In this document: positions 52,640 through 64,000 of the stretch, piece by piece
Layout of the letters: every line of letters begins with the position of its first letter
How positions within the stretch are numbered: the stretch's first letter is position 1
Assembly (NCBI GenBank): GCA_028826165.1
Contig: JAPDFW010000070.1
Span: forward strand, 1,116,001 to 1,180,000
DNA length: 64,000 nt
Direction: 5' to 3'
From: Anaeramoeba ignava BMAN
Lineage: Eukaryota; Protista; Anaeramoebae
Position numbers and translations under genes: made by a program
Notes under the pieces: model-generated
What the model was told of the DNA's origin: nothing
Databases searched by the model: none
Seen by the model: the letters and a program-made list of their open reading frames with translations, nothing else

Positions 52640-54470
52640 AGAATTTCTAAATCTATTTTTGAATTAATAATTAATTAATAAATTAATTTATAAATATAAA
52701 AATAAAATAAAATATTGATATTATTTAATTTAAAATTATTAAAAAATTAAATAAATTAAATAAATATTTAATATTAATTTATATTAATTTCTAAATCTAT
52801 TTTTATTTATAAATTATAATAAATTAATTTATAAATATAAAAATAAAATAAAATATTGATATAATTTAATTTAAAATTATTAATAAATTAAATAAAAAAT
52901 TAAATAAATATTTGATATTAATTTATATTAATTTCTAAATCTATTTTTATTTGTAAATTGTAATAAATTAATTTATAAATATAAAAATAAAATAAATTAT
53001 TGATATTAATTAATTTAAAATTATTAATAAATTAAATAAAAATTAAATAAATATTTGATATTAATTTATATTAATTTTAAATCTATTTTTATTTATAAAT
53101 TGTAATAAATTAATTTATAAATATAAAAATAAAATAAAATATTGATATAAATTAATTTAAAATTATTAAAAATAAATAAAAATTAAATAAATATTTGATA
53201 TTAATTTATATTAATTTCTAAATCTATTTTTATTTAGAAATTATAATAAATTAATTTATAAATATAAAAATAAAATAAATTATTGATATAAATTAATTTA
53301 AAATTATTAAAAATTAAATAAAAATTAAATAAATATTTGATATTAATTTATATTAATTTCTAAATCTATTTTTATTTGTAAATTGTAATAAATTAATTTA
53401 TAAATATAAAAATAAAATAAAATATTGATATAATTTAATTTAAAATTATTAATAAATTAAATAAAAAATTAAATAAATATTTGATATTAATTTATATTAA
53501 TTTCTAAATCTATTTTTATTTATAAATTATAATAAATTAATTTATAAATATAAAAATAAAATAAATTATTGATATTATTTAATTTAAAATTATTAAAAAT
53601 TAAATAAAAATTAAATAAATATTTGATATTAATTTATATTAATTTCTAAATCTATTTTTATTTATAAATTGTAATAAATTAATTTAAAATATAAAAATAA
53701 AATAAATTATTGATATAAATTTAATTTAAAATTATTAAAAATTAAATAAAAATTAAATAAATATTTGATATTAATTTATATTAAATTCTAAATCTATTTT
53801 TATTTATAAATTATAATAAATTAATTTATAAATATAAAAATAAAATAAAATATTGATATTATTTAATTTAAAATTATTAATAAATTAAATAAAAATTAAA
53901 TAAAAATTTGATATTAATTTATATTAATTTCTAAATCTATTTTTATTTATAAATTATAATAAATTAATTTATAAATATAAAAATAAAATAAAATATTGAT
54001 ATAATTTAATTTAAAATTATTAAAAATTAAATAAAAATTAAATAAATATTTGATATTAATTTATATTAATTTCTAAATCTATTTTTATTTATAAATTATA
54101 ATAAATTAATTTATAAATATAAAAATAAAATAAAATCTTGATATAAATTAATTTAAAATTATTAAAAATTAAATAAAAATTAAATAAATATTTGATATTA
54201 ATTTATATTAAATTCTAAATCTATTTTTATTTATAAATTATAATAAATTAATTTATAAATATAAAAATAAAATAAAATATTGATATAATTTAATTTAAAA
54301 TTATTAATAAATTAAATAAAAAATTAAATAAATATTTGATATTAATTTATATTAATTTCTAAATCTATTTTTATTTATAAATTATAATAAATTAATTTAT
54401 AAATATAAAAATAAAATAAATTATTGATATAAATTAATTTAAAATTATTAAAAATTAAATAAAAAATTAA
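52640..54470. repeat. Tandem array, 141-144-bp unit, 13 copies, upstream of GDH
   Basis: ATCTATTTT recurs at about 52651, 52795, 52939, 53081, 53222, 53364, 53508, 53650, 53792, 53935, 54077, 54219 and 54363. Confidence 0.95.
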
Positions 54471-54958
54471 ATAAAAAAAAAATAAATAAAAAAAAGCAAA
54501 AAAAAAATAAATTAAATTGGATTAAATTAAAAATTAACTTATTAAAAAATTAAATAAAAAATAAAATAAAATTAATTAATTAAACAAAATAAAATTAATT
54601 TAAAATATATATTTTATTAATAATTTTATTATTAAATTTTAATTTAAATAAATTTAATTAAATAAATAATTAAAACAAAAAAAAAGAGAAAAAAAATTTT
54701 TTTTTTGTCAATTCATCAAATAAATAAAAAATAAATAAAAATAAATAAATAAAAAAAAAGATCATTTTCATTTTCATTTTTTTTCTCTCAAATTTAATAA
54801 TAAAAGAAGTAAAAAACAAAAACAAAATAAAACAAAAATAAAAACAAAATAAAAAACACACAAAAAAGCAAATTATTATTAAAAATGATTTGAAAAAAAA
54901 ATTAACAAAAAATTAACAAAAAAATTTAAATAAAAAATTAAATAAAAATAGAAGAGAA

Positions 54959-56527
54959 ATGGCAGAAGAAGTTAAAAGAATTCTTGAAGGAGTTAAAAAA
55001 AGAGATCCAGATCAACCAGAATTTTATCAAGCAGTTGAAGAAGTTTGCACAACATTAATTCCACTTCTTGAAAAAGAACCTAAATACATTCCAATTCTTG
55101 AAAGAATTGTTGAACCAGAAAGAGTTGTTATGTTCAGAGTTGCATGGGTTGATGATAAAGGTAAAAATTAATATTAAATTAAAATTAAAATTAAAATTAA
55201 AATTAAAATTTAAAATTAAAATTATTATTTAAAATTAAAATTAAAATTAAAACTAAAATTAAAATTAATATTAAAATTAAAATTAAAATTCATTTATAAA
55301 TTAAAATTAAAATTAAAATTCATTTATAAATTAAAATTAAAATCAAAATTCATTTATAAATTAAAATTAAAATTAAAATAAATAGGAAAAGAGCATGTTA
55401 ACAGAGGATACAGAGTTCAATTCAATAGCGCTATTGGACCATACAAAGGAGGATTAAGATTCCGAGACAATGTTAATCTTTCAATCATCAAATTCCTTGG
55501 ATTTGAACAAATCTTCAAAAATGCATTAACAACACTTCCAATGGGAGGAGGAAAAGGAGGATCTGATTTCGAACCAAAAGGAAAATCTGATCTTGAAGTT
55601 ATGAGATTTTGCCAATCCTTCATGAGTGAATTATTCAGACACATTGGACCAAACACAGATGTTCCAGCTGGAGATATTGGAGTTGGTGGTCGAGAAATTG
55701 GATTCTTATTCGGAATGTACAAGAAAATCGTTAACAGATTTGAAGGAGTTTTAACAGGAAAAGGAGCTAATTGGGGAGGTTCATTAATTAGACCTGAAGC
55801 AACTGGATATGGAGCAGTTTATTTCATGGAAAAAATGTTAGCTGCCAATGATATGGATATGAAAGGAAAGAAAGTTCTTGTTAGTGGAGCTGGAAATGTT
55901 GCTCAATATTGTGTTGAAAAACTTCTTCATGTTGGAGCTATTCCATTAACTGTTAGTGATACAAGTGGATGTGTTTATGAACCTGAAGGATTTACTCATG
56001 AAAAATTAGCTTATGTTTTCAAAATCAAGAATGAAGAAAGAAAACCAATTTCAGAATACACCAAATACTCTAAAGAAGCACAATTCTTCCCAAAAGAAAA
56101 TCCATGGAGAAGATTCAAAGCTGATATTGCAATGCCATGTGCAACACAAAACGAAGTTGATACTGAAGATGCCAAAGCACTTGTTGCAAATGGAGTTAAA
56201 GCTATTGGAGAAGGAGCTAATATGCCATCAACACCAGGAGCTATTGCTGTTTACTTTGAAAACAATGTTCTTTATGGACCAGCTAAAGCTGTTAATGCTG
56301 GAGGTGTTGCTGTTTCAGGTCTTGAAATGAGTCAAAACAGTTTGAGATTATCTTGGACTCGAGAAGAAGTTGATGCTAAACTTAAGAAAATTATGGGAGA
56401 TATTTTCGATTCTTGTTTCAATGCAGCTAAGACTTATGCTAAGAATCCTAAAGATTACATGACTGGAGCTAATATTGCTGGATTTTTGAAAGTTGCAGAA
56501 GCTATGTTACAACAAGGAGTTCTTTAA
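54959..56527 (+). CDS. gdhA: Glutamate dehydrogenase, NADP-type (GdhA/GDH-1 class)
   Basis: [81 protein letters not shown] and [18 protein letters not shown]. Intron 55161-55385. Confidence 0.96.
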
Positions 56528-56831
56528 ATTACTTTTCCTTTCTTTTTTTCAATTTTCAATTTCCAATTCTTAATTCAATTCTTAATTCAATTCTCTCTTT
56601 TTCAGATTTATCCTCAATCTTAATCAAAATCATTTCATCCAAAATCATCTTTACAGAAATGATCTAATTTGGAAAATTCAATTCATTTTCTTTTTTTTTT
56701 AAGAAACAAAAACAAGAAACAACAAGAAACAAAAAACAAATTTTAATTTTAATTAATAAAATTTAAATAAGAGAGAAAAAAAAACAAAAATTTTATTTTT
56801 TCATTTTTTCATTTTTCTTTCAATTTTAAAA

Positions 56832-58431
56832 ATGAAAATAATTTCAATCAAACAATTAATAATAATAACTTTATTTTTATTAATAATTAATAATCAAAAT
56901 ATTAATAAAGTTTATTCACATCCAATAATAATAATAAATGATATTGATCCATCTCAAATTGAAAATTTAACAAAAACTTCAATAAATGGAAATGAATGTT
57001 TTTCTGGATATATTGAAGTTAATAAAACTTATGGAGCAGCATTATTTTATATTTTTCATCCATCTCAATCAAATCCACTTCAAAATCCATTTGGTGTTTG
57101 GCTTCAAGGTGGACCTGGTGATTCTGCAATGGTTGGAATGTTTATGGAAAATGGACCTGTATTAATTTCATCAAATGGAACACTTTATAATAATCCTTAT
57201 TCTTGGAATAAAATTCTTAATATGCTTTATATTGATAATCCAGCAGGAACTGGATTTAGTTATGTTAATAATTCAGCAGGATATGTTGTTGATGAAGATG
57301 ATATGGCGAATGAATTATATATTGGATTAACTATTTTTTTTCAAAAATATACAAAATATTTTGGAAATGATTTATACAAAATTATATTTGGAATATTTTA
57401 AATTTTATGGATTGGAAGTATCACCATCTTTTTAATAATTTTATTTTAATTTTAAATATTTTAAATTTTAAAAGGAATTTAATTTTTATTTTAAATTTTA
57501 TTAATTTTAATTTTAATTTTAATTTTAATTTTAATTTTAATTTTAATTTTAATTTTCAAAAATTAATAAGGTGATGGATGGACTGATCCAATAAATCAAG
57601 TTACAACATTTGCTAATTATTCTGTTTCAACAGGACTTATTGATCCAAATCAAAAATCTGAAATTGAAGAAATACAAAATCAATGTGTAAATTTTATCGA
57701 AAATCAAGAATGGCTTCAAGCTTCTGAATATTTCAGAGGAATAATAGAAACAATTACAAATATATCAGGAGGAGTTAACATATATGATATTAGAGAATAT
57801 GGAGATTATGATTACACAAGTTTATCAAATTTCCTTAATTCACCTGAAACTCAAAAAAGTCTTGGTGTTAATAAAACTTGGATTAGACATAGTTCACTTG
57901 TAATGAAAAATTTATTTGAAGATATGTCAAAAAGTGTTCGAAGTTTTGTATCAGCATTATTATATAATAATTACAAAGTATTGATTTATAATGGAGAATT
58001 TGATTTAATTGTTAATACAGTTGGAACACTTAAATGGATAAATCAATTAAATTGGAAATATATTGATAATTTTAAAAACACAACAGCAATTACATGGAGA
58101 GTTGATAATAAATTTGCAGGATTAGTAAGAAATTATGAGAATTTATGGCAAATATTTGTTTCTGATGCTGGACATTTATTGTAAATTAATTTAATTTATT
58201 TAATTTATTTATTTATTTATTTATTAATTTATTTATTTATTTACTTATTTATTTATTTACTTATTTATTTATTTACTTATTTATTTAGACCTGTAATTTA
58301 TATTTTATATTTTATAATTTTATATTTTTATATTTTAATTATTAATTATTTTTATAAACAAAAAATAGATGAATCAACCAGAATTTGCTTTGGATATGAT
58401 TAAAAAATTTATTAATGATATTCCTTTTTAA
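56832..58431 (+). CDS. CPVL: Serine carboxypeptidase S10 (CPVL-like), copy 1; catalytic-Ser region scrambled
   Basis: Signal peptide, WLQGGPG, ENGP, YIDNPAGTGFSY, VLIYNGEFDL, and AGHLLPMNQP via the microexon. GESYGG is missing at 57375-57480. Confidence 0.75.
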
Positions 58432-58588
58432 TTATTCCAAAAACAAATTTTCTTTTCCTTTTTCTTTTCTTTTTTCTTTTTTCTTTTTTGAAATTTTCTC
58501 AATACTCGACATCTCGTCATCAAAATCTTTACAAAAATGATCTAATTTGGAAAATTCAATTTATTTTTTCAATTTTAAAAAAGAAAAA

Positions 58589-60114
58589 ATGAAAATAATT
58601 TCAATCAAACAAATAATAATAATAACTTTATTTTTACTAATAATTAATAATCAAAATATTAATAAAGTTTATTCACATCCAATAATAATAATAAATGATA
58701 TTGATCCATCTCAAATTGAAAATTTAACAAAAACCTCAATAAATGGAAATGAATGTTTTTCTGGATATATTGAAGTTAATAAAACTTATGGAGCAACATT
58801 GTTTTATATTTTTCATCCATCTCAATCAAATCCACTTCAAAAGTCCATTTGGGATTTGGCTTCAAGGTGGACCTGGTGCTTCTTCACTAATTGGAATGTT
58901 TATGGAAAATGGACCTGTATTAATTTCATCAAATGGAACACTTTATAATAATCCCTATTCTTGGAATAAAATTCTTAATATGATTTATATTGATAATCCA
59001 GCAGGAGTTGGATTTAGTTATGTTAATAATTCAGCAGGATATGTTGTTGATGAAGATGATATGGCGAATGAATTATATATTGGATTAACTATTTTTTTTC
59101 AAAAATATACAAAATATTTTGGAAATGATTTATATATATTTGGAGAAAGTTATGGAGGAAAATATACACCATCTATTGCATACAAAATTATGTCTAAAGG
59201 AAATATTTTAAATTTAAAAGGAATTGGAATTGGTAAACTTTATTATTTTAATTTTAAATTTTAATTTTAATTTTAATTTTCAAAAATTAATAAGGTGATG
59301 GATGGACTGATCCAATAAATCAAGTTACAACATTTGCTAATTATTCTGTTTCAACAGGACTTATTGATCCAAATCAAAAATCTGAAATTGAAGAAATACA
59401 AAATCAATGTGTAAATTTCAATTGAAAATCAAATCAATGGCTTCAAGCTTCAGGATTTATAAAAGAAATAATAGAAACAATTACAAATATTTCAGGAGGA
59501 GTTAACATATATGATATTAGAGAATATGGAGATTATGATTACACAAGTTTATCAATATTTCTTGATTTACCTGAAACTCAAAAAAGTCTTGGTGTTAATA
59601 AAGCCTGGCTTCATCATAATCCTGTAGTATTTGATCGATTATTTGAAGATGTGTCAAAAAGTGTTCGAAGTTTTGTATCAGCATTATTGTTTAATAATTA
59701 CAAAGTATTGATTTATAATGGAGAATTTGATTTAATGGTTAATACAGTTGGAACACTTAAATGGATAAATCAATTAAATTGGAAATATATTGATAATTTT
59801 AAAAACACAACAGCAATTACATGGGAAGTTGATAATAAATTTGCAGGATTAGTAAGGAATTATGAGAATTTGTGGCAAATATTTGTTTCTGATGCTGGAC
59901 ATTTATTGTAAATTAATTTAATTTATTTTAATTTACTTATTTATTTTATTTATTAATTTACTTTACTTATTTATTTAGACCTGTAATTTATATTTTATAT
60001 TTTTATTATTTTATATTTAAATTATTAATTATTTTTATAAACAAAAAATAGATGAATCAACCAGAATTTGCTTTGGATATGATTAGAAAATTTATTAATG
60101 ATATTCCCTTTTAA
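58589..60114 (+). CDS. CPVL: Serine carboxypeptidase S10 (CPVL-like), copy 2
   Basis: WLQGGPGASS, GESYGGKY (catalytic Ser), NGEFDL (Asp) and AGHLLP (His). Small indels at about 58843 and 59420. Confidence 0.85.
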
Positions 60115-60250
60115 TTATTCCAAAAACAAATTTTCTTTTCCTTTTTCTTATTTTTTTTCTTTTTTTGGTTCAAAAATAATAAATAATAAAAAAATAATTG
60201 AAATCTACTTTTATGATTATTTATTTCAATGTTAAATTTCCAATTAATTT

Positions 60251-62769
60251 TCATTTCTTATTAATATCTTTTTTTTTCTGAAATTCATTCAAAATAGTTT
60301 CAGCAAAACCACGAATAACATCAGAAATAACAACTTTTTTTGGAGATTGAGAGACTAAAAGAAGTAAATCAATATTATTTTCAACAATATCAATTCGTGA
60401 ATCAATACAATTATCAAGAAATTCAAAAGAAGAAACAACAAAATCATTATTGATTCCAATTTGAGAAATGAATTCTTGATCAAGTAAATGGATATTTGGA
60501 AGATCTTCTGGTTTATACTTTGCGATTAGCGAAAGTAGTCTCATTTTGTTCTGGGAATAACGAGGAAGGAATTGCAAATTTTTCAACATGAAATCTTTCC
60601 AAAAATTATTCAATTGAATCAATCCAAAAAAATGGATTATGAGCTCCATAAATTCGATATCGATATTTTCTCTTCTGAGAAGAATTCTCACAAGTGAATG
60701 TAAAAATTGGGTATTTTTTTGCTTTGCAAAGTGACTTATTATCAAACGCAGAATTTGTGTTGCTTGTTTTTGGATTGCTTCTTGTTTGTTTTCTTGCACC
60801 AATGCCATCAAATCAAGACATAATGAATGAAAAAATCGTTCTTCATGCAAACGGAAGAAGTCAATATTTGGATCATCTTCAAATAAAGACTGGATGATTT
60901 TCAGCAAATGGATGATCAATTCGTTTTTTAGTGTATTTTTTAATGTTCTTAACAGAGTAAACATGATATTTTCGCTTTTGCGAATAACATTGCGGATAAA
61001 AAGAGAAGATGTGATAAATTCGCGAATTTTCTCGATATTTTCTACAAGCAAAGATGTTTCCAGTAGAAGAAGCGAGGAGAAAGATAAAACAAACGAAGAG
61101 GCGACATTTGATTCGATTTTGGATGATTTTGGATTTGCGTTTGAAATTTTGGATTCCATTTCATTGACAAAAAGAAGAAGTAAATCGACGGAATTTGATT
61201 TCTCAGACATGAGCAACTTAATCAAGCGGAGAACTGGTGTTTCCTTTTCAAAATCGAAATTTTTGATGAAAACCTTGTAAATATCAGAAATTATATCTGC
61301 TATTTCCTGGTAGTTGTTGAGATGATTTAGAAGAAGGCGCATTTGTTTCCAGCTTACAAAGATGGCGTGCTGATTTTTGCTTGGGGACGTCTTGAAGGAT
61401 CGTATTCTGGTTGAGTATTTTGCATCCATGCAGATTGAATACTTTCTTTGGAAATAAATTTTCTAATTGACTTAATTTCATCTGATTCGTGGTTTTGGAA
61501 CTTCTTTCTCCCAGAAATTGTGTTTAAAAAGGAAATGCAAGATCCCTCAGTGCTGAAAACAGTAGCTAAATTGCTTCCGTTTGCAAGGATAAGAGAGAGC
61601 AATTTAGTCCTGAATGCCTTACTTTCTTCGTTCACTTTAAAGAAAATTGAGGGTATTATGATTTCAGTTAAATTTCCTCTGTTTTCTGAAAAAGAGCTTT
61701 CTAAAATGCCCAGACAATCATACTCGTTGTATACCAAGGCCTCGTTATTTATGTGCGTTTCTTTCTGAAACTTCGATGTGAAAAGTCCCCGAATAATTTG
61801 TAATTTTGCATAGAATCTGATGAAGTTATTATGAATTAAATTGGAAAATTGAGTTGATAAAAAATTGCCTAATGACAAATACTCTCTTTGTTGTTTAGTA
61901 AATTTTAAATGGCTAAATTTTGTTAGAAATGCAGGCAACGCATTTTCCATGATTTTTTGACTTGAATTATTTTCGTATTCTGAGTTGATAATTTGCTGAA
62001 AAAGAAAAAGAACGGGATCCGAGAATTTGCCGGAATTTCCGTTATTTTTTTGAGAATTTTGACTATTTTTTTCAATTTCCATTGATTTGAATTGTTTTTC
62101 ATTGTGAAATTCCTGGTTGCTATTGTTTTCATTGATATTCGAATTCATTTGATTTGAAAGTAAATTATTGATAATCAAACAGCGATAATTTTCTTGAACT
62201 TGCAATAAACAATCCTTAAGAAAATCCGCAAGTGGATCATCTCCTTCAACAGTTTCAGCGCTTATTGCAAGTATCAAATCAGTTAGAAACTTTTCTGTTT
62301 TGTTAGAAAGCGTTGATATTGATGACAAAATCTGCGCGAAAAACGCGTTTCTTTGGGAATATTCAAGTTTTCCATTTCTCATTTGTTTTCCAATATTTTT
62401 AATCAATTCAATTCCTTGAACTTGATTTTTCACAATGAATTTGGAAATAACTAAATCAATCATTCTGCATTCAGTGCAATTAAATCCGCGATAAATTGTG
62501 ATAGTTTTCACGATTTGAAAAAATAAATCAGGTTCAACGGCTGCTGCATGTTGCCACAGACTCAGAAACTGTTGGGAATCCTGTTCACGATCTTCTTCTT
62601 TTGCTTTTCGACTCTGAAAAATTTCTTGTGGAAGAACTAAATCACAAATATAGAAAAAATTCGGTTTTTCTATTATTTCTTCAGAGAATATTAGTTTCTT
62701 TGTTGATATATTTTTCCGATTTCTTTTGGTTTTGTTTTCCAGATTTGGTTTGCTTCTTTTTTTATTCAT
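60251..62769 (-). CDS. Uncharacterised helical (ARM/HEAT-like) protein with basic NLS-like N-terminus
   Basis: ORFs 62844-61354 and 61429-60251 overlap and join by one frameshift. First ATG at 62769 (MNKKRSK). Leu-rich amphipathic helices; no family recognised. Confidence 0.55.
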
Positions 62770-62844
62770 TGAAGAAGGAAAGAAAAAATGATTTCGAAAA
62801 TTTTTAATAAAAAAATTTTTTTTACTTTTCAAAATTAAAATCAA

Positions 62845-64000
62845 TTTTAAAAAAAGAAATTAAATAATATTCCCAAATAATTTATTATTTAAACTTATTA
62901 AATATTTTTATAAATATTTAATTAATTTTCAAATTCCACTTTTTTTTTAATCAATATATTTTAATAAATAAATTTATATTTAATTTTAAAAATAAAATAA
63001 ATTAATTTAAAAAAAGAAATTAAATAATATTTCCAAATAATTTATTATTTAAACTTATTAAATATTTTAATAAATATTTAATTAATTTTCAAATTCCACT
63101 TTTTTTTTAATCAATATATTTTAATAAATAAATTTATATTTAATTTTAAAAATAAAATAAATTAAATTTAAAAAAAGAAATTAAATAATATTTCCAAATA
63201 ATTTATTATTTAAACTTATTAAATATTTTTATAAATATTTAATTAATTTTCAAATTCCACTTTTTTTTTAATCAATATATTTTAATAAATAAATTAATAT
63301 TTAATTTTAAAAATAAAATAAATTAATTTTAAAAAGAAATTAAATAATATTTCCAAATAATTTATTATTTAAACTTATTAAATATTTTTATAAATATTCA
63401 ATTAATTTTTAAATTCCACTTTTTAATCAATATATTTTAATAAATAAATTAATATTTAATTTTGAAAATAAAATAAATTAATTTAAAAAGAAATTAAATA
63501 ATATTTCCAAATAATTTATTATTTGAACTTATTAAATATTTTTATAAATATTCAATTAATTTTCAAATTCCACTTTTTTTTAATCAATATATTTTAATAA
63601 ATAAATTAATATTTAATTTTAAAAATAAAATAAATTAATTTTAAAAAGAAATTAAATAATATTCTCAAATAATTTATTATTTAAACTTATTAAATATTTT
63701 TATAAATATTAAATTAATTTTCAAATTCCACTTTTTAATCAATATATTTTAATAAATAAATTAATATTTAATTTTAAAAATAAAATAAATTAAATTTAAA
63801 AAGAAATTAAATAATATTTCCAAATAATTTATTATTTAAACTTATTAAATATTTTTATAAATATTCAATTAATTTTTAAATTCCACTTTTTTTTAATCAA
63901 TATATTTTAATAAATAAATTAATATTTAATTTTAAAAAGAAAATAAATTAATTTTAAAAAGAAATTAAATAATATTCCCAAATAATTTATTATTTAAACT
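62845..64000. repeat. Tandem array, ~155-161-bp unit, at least 7 copies, runs off the window end
   Basis: TTCCACTTTT recurs at about 62934, 63094, 63255, 63414, 63568, 63726 and 63881. Confidence 0.95.

Noticed and set aside
52640-54470. CRISPR array
   Set aside because: Whole units repeat with no unique spacers, there are no cas genes, and the context is eukaryotic.
27905-56527. GABA-T plus GDH as a glutamate metabolic cluster
   Set aside because: They are 23 kb apart on opposite strands with unrelated genes between them.
11160-61450. Programmed ribosomal frameshifting or RNA editing to explain the many broken ORFs
   Set aside because: The breaks share no motif, mostly lie in homopolymers or repeats, and differ between paralogs. 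Long-read consensus error is the simpler explanation.

Overview
Very AT-rich eukaryotic nuclear DNA using the standard code, with GT-AG spliceosomal introns. Gene content and style suggest an anaerobic protist, possibly an Anaeramoeba-like metamonad (inference only). I reconstructed 19 protein genes by hand: CLASP (5'-truncated), TMEM214, ALYREF, a UBL-LRR-nischarin-like protein, three tandem F-box + TMEM185-like membrane proteins, a PAS/coiled-coil protein, VPS18, GABA transaminase, SLC35F6, a divergent PP2A B56, a kelch protein, an ABCC transporter with degenerate ATPase motifs, an N-terminal-only CAP, a folate-receptor-family protein, NADP-type GDH, two tandem CPVL carboxypeptidases and one unknown helical protein. 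Large introns are filled with microsatellites, while spacers between co-oriented genes can be as short as 41 bp. Three AT-rich tandem arrays have units of about 142-160 bp. The most notable findings are the F-box/TMEM185 array with variable loops (candidate membrane-embedded SCF adaptors), a 4-nt microexon next to the CPVL catalytic His in both paralogs, the probably ATPase-dead ABCC, the HFD-only CAP and a TCATTT Inr-like motif before most ATGs. Several single-base frameshifts and two scrambled patches look like assembly errors. No rRNA, tRNA, CRISPR, intein or transposase was recognised.
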